Source: Bacillota bacterium (GTDB lineage: Bacteria > Bacillota > Clostridia > Acetivibrionales > JANLFN01). From it: a stretch of DNA of 64,000 nucleotides. The notes beneath the pieces were generated by a model. The model made no database searches. It saw only the letters and a list, made by a program, of their open reading frames with translations, and was not told where the DNA came from. The stretch spans positions 17,772 to 81,771 of the forward strand of contig JAUZPR010000001.1 in assembly GCA_030705825.1 (NCBI GenBank). The letters run 5' to 3'. The translations under genes were made by a program, and so were the position numbers. This document shows, piece after piece, positions 54,533 through 62,412 of this stretch (positions within the stretch are counted from its first letter, which is position 1; each line of letters starts with the position of its first letter).

Positions 54533-55627
54533 TTGTTGGAGCAGGATGTATCTATAAGACGTAAGAGAAGTGATTTGAATAGAAGTAAAAAAAAGAAACA
54601 GCCGTTATGGAAAAAGCTAGTTATTTTCCTTGCCTTTGAACTCATTTTTTCCACTGTAACAATGCCTTTGATTGTTTTCTACGGTCCTTTCCAAACCGTA
54701 AAGAAGACACTGGTGGGAATGTCCTGGAATACTCTCAATCATCAATGGATTGCCAAACTGTTTCTTTCAGACAAGGCTATAAAGAATATACTTGGCAACA
54801 GCTTTGTTGTAGATCCGGTTGAACATGGAGAAGAAATCCAACAGCTCAATTTTGCAGAAAATCACAGTGACAAGATTGAGGTCTTTAATATAGATGGTGG
54901 TAACTTCGAAGGTAAACTGATGGTTGTTCACGACCCGACAAAATTGGTTGTAGGTTATTCAAACAAGTTATCCAGCGGTGACGATGCTTCGGCAAATCTT
55001 GCTGCAGGAGAGACTACCAGCGCTATAGCAAAGGAAAACGGTGCAATTGCTGCAATTAATGCGGGCGGTTTTATGGATGCGGCACCTTCAGGCTCAAATA
55101 AATGGACAGGTACCGGCGGAATTCCAATGGGCTTTATAATTCATGACGGTAAGGTGGTATTCAATCAATACGACAGTGAGGAAAAGAAGCTTGATACAGC
55201 AGCTTTTGACGATATGGGAAGGTTGATTGTCGGAAAACATTCAATAACACAGCTTAAAAGACTAAATGTCAAGGAAGGCGTAAGCTTTGGGCCGCCGTTG
55301 ATAGTTAACGGCAAACCGACTATAACCCAAGGTGACGGAGGTTATGGACTTAATCCAAGGACTGCAATCGGACAAAGACAGGATGGTGCGGTTCTACTGC
55401 TGGTTATAGACGGCAGAAGCTTGAAATCCCTGGGGGCATCCTTAAGGGATGCTCAGGATATACTTCTTAAATATGGCGCAGTTAATGCCGTAAATCTGGA
55501 CGGAGGATCGTCTACAACAATGTACTATAAAGGCAAGCTTATCAACACTCCTTGTGACACACTGGGTGAACGTACAGTTCCTACGGTATTTATGGTAGCT
55601 CCCGGAGAGGGAGGAAGCGGTCAATGA
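54533..55627 (+). CDS. Phosphodiester glycosidase family protein (DUF2233/NAGPA-like), membrane-anchored
   Basis: N-terminal basic segment plus a TM. AINAGGF, GIPMGFIIHDGKV, PRTAIGQRQDG and NLDGGSST. Confidence 0.65.
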   Translation: MLEQDVSIRRKRSDLNRSKKKKQPLWKKLVIFLAFELIFSTVTMPLIVFYGPFQTVKKTLVGMSWNTLNHQWIAKLFLSDKAIKNILGNSFVVDPVEHGEEIQQLNFAENHSDKIEVFNIDGGNFEGKLMVVHDPTKLVVGYSNKLSSGDDASANLAAGETTSAIAKENGAIAAINAGGFMDAAPSGSNKWTGTGGIPMGFIIHDGKVVFNQYDSEEKKLDTAAFDDMGRLIVGKHSITQLKRLNVKEGVSFGPPLIVNGKPTITQGDGGYGLNPRTAIGQRQDGAVLLLVIDGRSLKSLGASLRDAQDILLKYGAVNAVNLDGGSSTTMYYKGKLINTPCDTLGERTVPTVFMVAPGEGGSGQ

Positions 55628-56658
55628 AAAAAACGGCTAGAATATACTCATGGGTAATTCTCTCCATATTTTTGCAGGTAGTTATACTTTTTTATATAAA
55701 TGACATATTTTTGGTCAGCAAAACTACATTCAAAGCTACAAGTATTGATGTTGTGGATGATAAGCCCAAGGAAAACATGGATATAAACATTCCGGATGGG
55801 GCTACAGATTTAAAAGTATCTTTTGACGGATCATACCTGGCTTATTTTAAAAACGGTAATCTTGAGCTTTATGATATCAAAAACAAAAAGGAAAAGAAGA
55901 CTATATCTGGAGACGGTAATATTATTAGCTATTACAGGTGGCTGCCCGACAGAAATATGATAATCTATGCCGTGGCCGCGCCTGAGTCACAAGCAGGCAG
56001 AGTGCAGATTTATACAGATGAAATGGATACCGATGTAGTTAGGGATTTTCCCGAAATCAGGAGAAATTTGACCAGGGGAAGCAAAATTGTTGCCATTGAG
56101 CTTTCACCGCTGACTAACGTTATATACTGCAAAATTGCAACCAGCGATACCAAAGCTGTAATATACAAATTTGACGTCAACAGAAATGTAGATTTTGTTA
56201 TGAGTGCGCTACAGGGAACCTTAATAAAGGAAACAGCATATGTTGATAATCTGATTTATCAGGATTCACGAAACAAAATAAATGTAAGGAGCGGAGCAAA
56301 CGCCAATACAACGGTCCTTCCGCTCAAAAACAAGGGTGCCCTGCTGGAAGTAGATGCCCATGACATGGTATACGCCGGTGAATTAGACAATAACGGGGAT
56401 GTTACCAAAGTATATTATGGAAATCTGACATCGGACTTTAAGGATTGGTCAACGGTAAACCTTGAAAAGCCGGTGAAACCCGAAGAAATATACGTATCTC
56501 AAAATGGTATCATATTTGAGGTTGATGAAAGTTCAAATACCTTATATGATATTACACACAGCAAAAATATTGCCTATAAAGGTAAAATGGTTACAGTGCT
56601 TGATGATTATATAGTTTCGGTGGATAGCGGTAAATTGATACTTGACGTTATAAAATAA
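55624..56658 (+). CDS. Membrane-anchored hypothetical protein (probably beta-rich ectodomain)
   Basis: ATGA overlap with the upstream gene, and a single N-terminal TM. I recognise no motifs. Confidence 0.5.
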   Translation: MKKTARIYSWVILSIFLQVVILFYINDIFLVSKTTFKATSIDVVDDKPKENMDINIPDGATDLKVSFDGSYLAYFKNGNLELYDIKNKKEKKTISGDGNIISYYRWLPDRNMIIYAVAAPESQAGRVQIYTDEMDTDVVRDFPEIRRNLTRGSKIVAIELSPLTNVIYCKIATSDTKAVIYKFDVNRNVDFVMSALQGTLIKETAYVDNLIYQDSRNKINVRSGANANTTVLPLKNKGALLEVDAHDMVYAGELDNNGDVTKVYYGNLTSDFKDWSTVNLEKPVKPEEIYVSQNGIIFEVDESSNTLYDITHSKNIAYKGKMVTVLDDYIVSVDSGKLILDVIK

Positions 56659-56720
56659 TAATAATTACGAATATTAAAACTTATAGGATATGAGGAAATT
56701 CTCTTATAGGGAGGTTTATT

Positions 56721-57050
56721 ATGGCTAGTGAAAAAATTGTTAAATTGTCAAAAGGCAACTTCGAACAGGAGGTTGAAAAATCGGAAATACCGGTGCTTGT
56801 TGATTTCTGGGCACAATGGTGTGGACCCTGCAGGGCTGTTGCACCTGTTGTAGAGCAATTGGCAGAGGAATTTGACGGAAAAGTAAAAATCGGTAAGGTA
56901 AACGTTGATGAAGAGGGAGAACTGTCGGCAAAATTCAGAGTAATGAGCATTCCCACGCTAATGGTTTTCAAAGGCGGAGAAATGGTAGAAAAGATGGTGG
57001 GAGCAAGACCCAAGGAAGAACTGGCAAAATTGCTGGAAAAAAATATTTAA
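56721..57050 (+). CDS. trxA: Thioredoxin
   Basis: WCGPC active site. 109 aa. Confidence 0.95.
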   Translation: MASEKIVKLSKGNFEQEVEKSEIPVLVDFWAQWCGPCRAVAPVVEQLAEEFDGKVKIGKVNVDEEGELSAKFRVMSIPTLMVFKGGEMVEKMVGARPKEELAKLLEKNI

Positions 57051-57072
57051 TCGGAAAAGCGACCTATGACCG

Positions 57073-57102
57073 AAAAGGAGCATACACAATGCTTCTTTTT
57101 TT
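57073..57102 (+). terminator. Rho-independent terminator after trxA
   Basis: GGAGCAT pairs with ATGCTTC, followed by TTTTTTT. Confidence 0.7.
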
Positions 57103-57268
57103 GGGCCGGTTGGTCCGGATGAAACCCAGCCCGAATCGGACGAAGTTCGATACCTGCGTATTTTTTAGCGGTCGTCGGTTCTTTTATTGTTGAAAAAAGA
57201 GGATTTTTGAAGTAAACATTGAATATATATAATAAGCTGTAATAACAATTTGGCAGAGGAGGATTCAG

Positions 57269-57712
57269 ATGGCAGGAGAAAAACGTTTCAGAACATCATT
57301 TATGGGAGGATTCAAAAAATCCGACGTCAATTCATACATAGAAAAGATGCTGACTGAATTTGATGATAAATTAAAAGAGAAGGATAATGAAATTAGTGCC
57401 TTGAAAAACCAACTCAGAGAAACCAGATTTAAATACGATGAGATTGTTAAAAATGCCGATCAGATAAATGAAGACCGCGCCAAAATTGCTAATGTTCTGA
57501 TTAAAGCTCAGGAAAAAGCTGAATTGATATTGGAAGAAGCAAAACAGCAGGCTTTTGATGAGAAGAAAAAGCTGGAATCGATGGTTGAAGACGAAAAGGA
57601 AAAGCTTGTCGATATAAAGGAAGAATTAAGAGTTTTGAAAGGCGAAGTAATAAGTACGTTAAAAAAATATGAACAGCAGCTTGATGGATTTATTGATGAA
57701 GAAGCCGAATAA
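57269..57712 (+). CDS. DivIVA-domain coiled-coil protein
   Basis: FRTSFMGGFKKSDVNSYIEKM (DivIVA N-terminal pattern) followed by a coiled coil. Confidence 0.6.
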   Translation: MAGEKRFRTSFMGGFKKSDVNSYIEKMLTEFDDKLKEKDNEISALKNQLRETRFKYDEIVKNADQINEDRAKIANVLIKAQEKAELILEEAKQQAFDEKKKLESMVEDEKEKLVDIKEELRVLKGEVISTLKKYEQQLDGFIDEEAE

Positions 57713-57789
57713 GTACTTGAAATTGATAACATTTTTTTGTATAATTGTAATAATATCTTTTTAAAGAATACTAAATAATATAAATACAA

Positions 57790-58046
57790 TGATGGAGAAG
57801 AGTATATTCGGGGATTTTAAGAGAGCCGGCGGTTGGTGCAAGCCGGTAAAAAACCGGATTGAACGCAGCTCCTGAGTATCTCCTTGAGAAATTTGAATTA
57901 CTTTCAAAGAATAGAGGAAGACGGTTAACTCCACGTTACAGGGGTACAATGTGAATGCATTGGTTAAAGTTGACGCTTAAAGCGTAATTAGGGTGGTACC
58001 GCGATTTACTCCTTCGTCCCTTGTACAGGGACCGAGGAGTTTTTAT
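57790..58046 (+). promoter_or_regulatory. T-box leader (tRNA-sensing transcription attenuator)
   Basis: Stem I has a GA/K-turn (TGATGG / CCTGAGTA), the specifier-loop 5' side AAGAGTA, an AGAGAG bulge and the distal loop GGTTGGTGCAA. The T-box sequence AATTAGGGTGGTACCGCG lies at 57986-58003. The terminator is CTCCTTCGTCCC / GGGACCGAGGAG plus TTTTT (58009-58045). Confidence 0.85.
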
Positions 58047-58143
58047 TTTACCCGAAAACTCAAAAAGAAGTTGTCTTATCGTTTGATAAATAATTGCATA
58101 AAGAAAATAACTAATATTATATTAGAATAAGGAGTGGATATTA

Positions 58144-58623
58144 ATGGAAGAAATTCTGGAAATCCTGGAAAAGAACAATAAGCTTACCGAAGAGCAGATA
58201 GCGGTCATGCTGGGTAAAAGTGTACAGGAAGTAAAAGAAGCCATAAAAAAGTACGAAGATGAAAAAGTAATAGTAGGTTACAGTACGTTGATTAATTGGG
58301 ATAAGACCAACAAGGAAAAGGTTATAACACTTATAGAAGTCAAAGTGACTCCACAGAGAGGAGAGGGCTTTGATAAGGTGGCAGAGAGGATATACAGGTA
58401 TCCTGAAGTAAAGGCATGCTATCTGATGTCTGGTGGTTTTGATCTTACAGTCATAATCGAAGGGAAAACAATGAAAGAAGTAGCCCTGTTCGTTGCAGAA
58501 AAGCTTGCGCCATTGGAATCTGTTTTGAGTACGGCTACACATTTTGTTCTTAAAAAATATAAGGACGAGGGCATAACGTTTGAAGACAAGGAAAAGGATG
58601 ACAGGGAGGCTGTTGTCTTATGA
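58144..58623 (+). CDS. Lrp/AsnC family transcriptional regulator
   Basis: N-terminal wHTH (ILEILEKNNKLTEEQIAVMLGKSVQEV) plus an RAM/ACT-like C-domain. Confidence 0.85.
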   Translation: MEEILEILEKNNKLTEEQIAVMLGKSVQEVKEAIKKYEDEKVIVGYSTLINWDKTNKEKVITLIEVKVTPQRGEGFDKVAERIYRYPEVKACYLMSGGFDLTVIIEGKTMKEVALFVAEKLAPLESVLSTATHFVLKKYKDEGITFEDKEKDDREAVVL

Positions 58624-59789
58624 ACATAGGGGATATGATTCTTCCGCATGTTAAAAGTGTACCTCCTTCCGGTATAAGAAAATACTTTGATATGATCAAT
58701 GAAATGAAGGACGCAATTTCTCTTGGTATAGGCGAGCCTGACTTTGTTACTCCATGGAATATCAGAGAAGCTGGAATATATTCACTTGAGCAGGGGCATA
58801 CCCACTATTCGGCAAACGCAGGCTTTATTGAGCTGAGGGAAGAGATATCAAGGTACATGAAAAGAAAACATGGCCTTGAATATAAACCGAGAGAAGAAAT
58901 TGTTGTAACGGTTGGGGGAAGTGAGGCCATAGATGCAGCGCTCAGGGCGCTGGCCGGACCTGGTGATGAGGTGATCATACCGGAACCGAGTTTTGTTGCA
59001 TACAAGGGCTGCGCATCATTTTGCGGTGCAACACCGGTAGTAATAGACTTAAAAGCCGAGAACCAGTTCAGGTTGACTCCGGAGCAGCTTGAAAACGCAT
59101 TGACGCCAAAAACCAAGGTTGTCATAATACCTTTCCCAAACAACCCGACAGGTGCCATAATGCCAGGGGAGGATATGGCCCGGATTGCAGAAATACTTAA
59201 AGACAGGGATGTAATTGTATTATCGGATGAGCTGTACTCCGAACTTACGTATGAGGGCAGGCATATGTCGATAGCAAGCTATCCTGGAATGAAAGAAAAG
59301 ACTATTGTCATAAATGGTTTTTCAAAGGCTTATGCAATGACCGGCTGGAGGATAGGCTATGCCTGCGGACACAGAGATCTGATCAGCGTCATGACTAAAA
59401 TACATCAGTACGCAATAATGTGTTCACCTACAACCGCACAGCATGCTGCGATTGAAGCCCTCCGCAACAGCGATCATGATGTGGAAAGTATGAAAAGAGA
59501 ATATAACAGGCGCAGACGGGCTATGGTTGATGGGTTTAGAAGAATGGGGCTTGACTGCTTCGAACCTCTGGGCGCTTTTTATGTATTTCCGTGTATTAAA
59601 TCGACAGGTCTGACTTCGGATGAATTCTGTGAAAAGCTTCTTGCAGAGGAAAAAGTCCTGGTTGTACCGGGAAATGCATTTGGAGAATGCGGAGAAGGAT
59701 TTGTAAGAGCCACCTATGCAAACTCGATAGAGAATATATTTGAAGCAATTAAAAGGATAGAAAGGTTTGTTAATAACTGCAGAAAATAA
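58620..59789 (+). CDS. Class I/II PLP-dependent aminotransferase (AspC/AlaT-like)
   Basis: GEPDF, NPTG and the SFSKAYAMTGWRIGY PLP-lysine motif. ATGA overlap with the regulator gene. Confidence 0.85.
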   Translation: MNIGDMILPHVKSVPPSGIRKYFDMINEMKDAISLGIGEPDFVTPWNIREAGIYSLEQGHTHYSANAGFIELREEISRYMKRKHGLEYKPREEIVVTVGGSEAIDAALRALAGPGDEVIIPEPSFVAYKGCASFCGATPVVIDLKAENQFRLTPEQLENALTPKTKVVIIPFPNNPTGAIMPGEDMARIAEILKDRDVIVLSDELYSELTYEGRHMSIASYPGMKEKTIVINGFSKAYAMTGWRIGYACGHRDLISVMTKIHQYAIMCSPTTAQHAAIEALRNSDHDVESMKREYNRRRRAMVDGFRRMGLDCFEPLGAFYVFPCIKSTGLTSDEFCEKLLAEEKVLVVPGNAFGECGEGFVRATYANSIENIFEAIKRIERFVNNCRK

Positions 59790-59799
59790 GGAGTATCGA

Positions 59800-60618
59800 A
59801 TGTATAAACTTATAGCAATAGATTTGGATGGTACGCTGCTCAATTCGCAAAAAGAAATTTCGGGAAAGAATATTAAAGCTATTCAGGATGCAATGAATAA
59901 AGGCATCAAGGTAATAATCTGTTCAGGCAGGATATACAAGGGTGCCAGGCTGTATGCGAGGCAGATAGGCAGCAGGGAACTGGTTATCGCCTGCAACGGG
60001 GCAATAATAAGGGATATGGCTACTGAAGAGGCGCTTTATGACAATTCATTAAGTACAGAGGATTGTATAAATGTAATAGACATATGCCATCAGGAAAACG
60101 TATATTTTCACGTTTATGCAAATGATATCATGTACACTGAAAAGCTTGCGTTCGGTTCCACCTTTTATGTAAAGCTGAATGAGAAACTGAAAGAGGAAGA
60201 CAGGATAGATGTAAGGCTGGTAGACAATGTGGCAGACGTTATCAGAGATAACAGTATTAAAGCCTCAAAATTAATAGTGGTGTCGGAGGACGGTAGTATA
60301 CTGAGCAGGGTCAGGGAAAAAGCAGAAAGTATAAAATCAATAGATGTGGTTAGTTCTTTCTATGACAATTTTGAAGTTTTAAACAAAGGCGTAAGTAAGA
60401 GAAAGGCTTTGGAATATGTATCGCAGAGATATGGCATAGACAGCAGTGATATGATAGCTATCGGTGATAACGAGAACGATATCTCCATGATTACATATGC
60501 CGGTCTCGGAATAGCAGTAGGCAATGCGGAGGATTCACTCAAAGAGGCTGCCGGATATATAACCCAGGCAACAAATGATGAGGATGGGGTGGCAGAGGCT
60601 ATAAACAGATTTATTTAG
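59800..60618 (+). CDS. Cof-type HAD-IIB phosphatase
   Basis: MYKLIAIDLDGTLL (motif I), SGR, and GDNENDISM (motif IV). ATG 59800 after AAGGAG. Confidence 0.85.
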   Translation: MYKLIAIDLDGTLLNSQKEISGKNIKAIQDAMNKGIKVIICSGRIYKGARLYARQIGSRELVIACNGAIIRDMATEEALYDNSLSTEDCINVIDICHQENVYFHVYANDIMYTEKLAFGSTFYVKLNEKLKEEDRIDVRLVDNVADVIRDNSIKASKLIVVSEDGSILSRVREKAESIKSIDVVSSFYDNFEVLNKGVSKRKALEYVSQRYGIDSSDMIAIGDNENDISMITYAGLGIAVGNAEDSLKEAAGYITQATNDEDGVAEAINRFI

Positions 60619-60635
60619 TATTTTACTTACATAAT

Positions 60636-60670
60636 AAAAATACTGCCGTATCTGGACAGCAGTATTTTTT
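60636..60670. terminator. Bidirectional terminator between the HAD gene and glnB
   Basis: AAAAATACTGC pairs with GCAGTATTTTT. Confidence 0.8.
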
Positions 60671-60679
60671 ATTTTATTA

Positions 60680-61018
60680 CTAGATTGCGTTTTCTCCTCT
60701 TTCTCCGGTTCTTATCCTGACTACATCCTCGATTTCATAGACGAATATTTTGCCGTCTCCTACTTCACCTGTTTTTGCTTCGTCACTGATAAGCTTGATT
60801 ATTTCATCAACATGTTCGTCCTTGGCCACGATTTCAACTTTGATTTTAGGAAGTAAATTTAATGTAATTTCTGTACCTCTGTAATATTCTTTTCTGCCTT
60901 TCTGAAGGCCGCATCCCATAACCTGGCTTATGGTCAAGCCATGTATATTGAATTTGTTAAGGGTATCTTTTATATCTTCCAGTTTTCCGGGACGTATAAT
61001 TGCCTCGATTTTCTTCAC
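60680..61018 (-). CDS. glnB: Nitrogen regulatory protein P-II
   Basis: MKKIEAIIRPGKL...T-loop GRKEYYRGTE...GDGKIFV. GTG 61018 lies 7 nt after GAGGTGA. No amtB or glnA is adjacent. Confidence 0.9.
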   Translation of the reverse strand: MKKIEAIIRPGKLEDIKDTLNKFNIHGLTISQVMGCGLQKGRKEYYRGTEITLNLLPKIKVEIVAKDEHVDEIIKLISDEAKTGEVGDGKIFVYEIEDVVRIRTGERGENAI

Positions 61019-61040
61019 TGAAATCACCTCACTTGAATTT

Positions 61041-61069
61041 ATTATAATTTATATCCTGTAATTTGTTAA
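61041..61069 (-). promoter_or_regulatory. Proximal glnB promoter
   Basis: On the minus strand, TTAACA (61069-61064), a 17-nt spacer, then TATAAT (61046-61041). Confidence 0.55.
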
Positions 61070-61140
61070 CATATATTTACAGATTAATTAATTTGCTGCC
61101 CGTATTATTAGCTGTCAAAATAACTCCGACAGGGTTCAGT

Positions 61141-61247
61141 AAAATAAAAAGGCACTATATTAAGAGCATACTTCCCTCAATAAGCGCCTTCACTTATTTT
61201 CACCATAGTAATAAAAATATTATAACACCAAGACACTGAATTTACAA
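61141..61247 (-). promoter_or_regulatory. Distal promoter followed within ~30 nt by a terminator-like hairpin (candidate attenuator or ~60-80-nt sRNA)
   Basis: On the minus strand, TTGTAA (61247-61242), a 17-nt spacer, then TGT-TATAAT (61224-61219). AAGGCGC (61190-61184) pairs with GTGCCTT (61155-61149), followed by TTTTATTTT. Confidence 0.45.
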
Positions 61248-61551
61248 TAAGCAGTATTAATAGAGCTTGTAATACGACAGTACCCATGTTATTATTTAAA
61301 AAAATTTTTCTTTAATTTAATAGGCATTTTTGATATATTAACCTATGTGATAATGTTTTTAATTGAATATATATTGGAAATACGAAATTAAGCGGAACTA
61401 CAAAACAGCTGTTAGATAATTAAGCCGGGTAAGTATTTGTAAATATATATGAATATAATATAATACGTATTGAAGCAATTGTAACCTGCAGGTTGAACAA
61501 GAAATTTGTTCAAAGATTATTTCAGGTCGGAAACTATGGAAGGCGGTTGTA

Positions 61552-62136
61552 ATGGCTGGAGAAAAATATATCGTCGCTACACTGGACAATCCGTCACAAA
61601 TTAATATTCGTAATATTTTAAATCCGGGTGGTTACATATTTCTGGGTAATTGCTTTGATCCTGTTTCTCTTCTAAGGTTAATAAGAAGTTATAATCCGGA
61701 TTTTGTTGTAGTAGATTTGGGTATGCAGCCCAGAGAACTCAGAAAGACAATAGAAACAATAGATGATGAAATGCTGTGTGCCTGCATAGCATTAGGTGAT
61801 TACAGGGATATTGAAAACGAAAATCTTGTTCAAAGATGCAAGGTACTTACATTATGCCAAAAGCCTCTAAGCAGGGAAATATTTTTGAACACGGTTGAAT
61901 TGGCTAATATGTATTACAAAAGACTGAGCGAAACCGAACAGAAACTAAAGGAAATGACAGAAAATTATGAAACAAGAAAATCGGTAGAGCGTGCAAAGTG
62001 GATTCTCATTAAAAGGGATGGTATCAGCGAAGCAGAGGCTTATGAACGTATGAGGAAAAAGAGTATGGATTCAAGGCTTACAATGAAAGCAATTGCAGAG
62101 GCAATTATATTTACCCATGAGATAGAAGGAAAGTAA
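61552..62136 (+). CDS. ANTAR-domain RNA-binding antiterminator with an N-terminal pseudo-receiver
   Basis: The C-terminal RKSVERAKWILIKRDGISEAEAYERMRKKSMDSRLTMKAIAEAII is the ANTAR pattern. The N-terminal domain has VVVDLG but lacks the acidic DD pair. Confidence 0.8.
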   Translation: MAGEKYIVATLDNPSQINIRNILNPGGYIFLGNCFDPVSLLRLIRSYNPDFVVVDLGMQPRELRKTIETIDDEMLCACIALGDYRDIENENLVQRCKVLTLCQKPLSREIFLNTVELANMYYKRLSETEQKLKEMTENYETRKSVERAKWILIKRDGISEAEAYERMRKKSMDSRLTMKAIAEAIIFTHEIEGK

Positions 62137-62384
62137 GTAAATAGTTAGGAGTTAAGAGTTAAGAGTTAAGAGTTAAGAGTTGGGAGTAGTGAGTAAGGAG
62201 TTAGGGGTTTATGGTTCAGAGTTCGGAGTAAAATAGTTGGGAGTTGGGAATTTAGGAGTGATATCCTGTAGGGAACGGCGCCCCGCCATTCCGCTATAGT
62301 TAAAGGAATATTTCTAACTCTGAACTCCTAACCCCGAACTATGAACCCTGTAACTCCAAACTACGAACCACAAACCCCGAACTA
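62137..62384 (+). repeat. Inverted heptamer-array element C
   Basis: The element starts at the base after the stop codon. It has 14 in-phase heptamers (GTAAATA GTTAGGA GTTAAGA x4 GTTGGGA ... GTTCAGA GTTCGGA GTAAAAT, 62137-62234) plus 2 more after a +1 slip (62236-62249). The central GC hairpin is GGAACGGCG-ccc-CGCCATTCC (62272-62292). Ten complementary heptamers (TAACTCT GAACTCC TAACCCC ... CGAACTA) lie at 62315-62384. Confidence 0.9.
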
Positions 62385-62412
62385 ATCAATTATATTTTAG
62401 GAGATGATTTTT

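Noticed and set aside
57103-57195. tRNA or tRNA pseudogene, suggested by GGTTGGT and GTTCGAT strings
   Set aside because: No cloverleaf can be drawn: there is no acceptor stem complementarity, and the T-arm stem does not pair. I keep it only as a low-interest structured segment.
61028-61210. Canonical ANTAR target (two tandem hairpins with hexaloops, A at loop position 1 and G at position 4) in the glnB leader
   Set aside because: I could not find two adjacent short hairpins with 6-nt loops of that pattern by eye. Only a single large terminator-like hairpin is reported.
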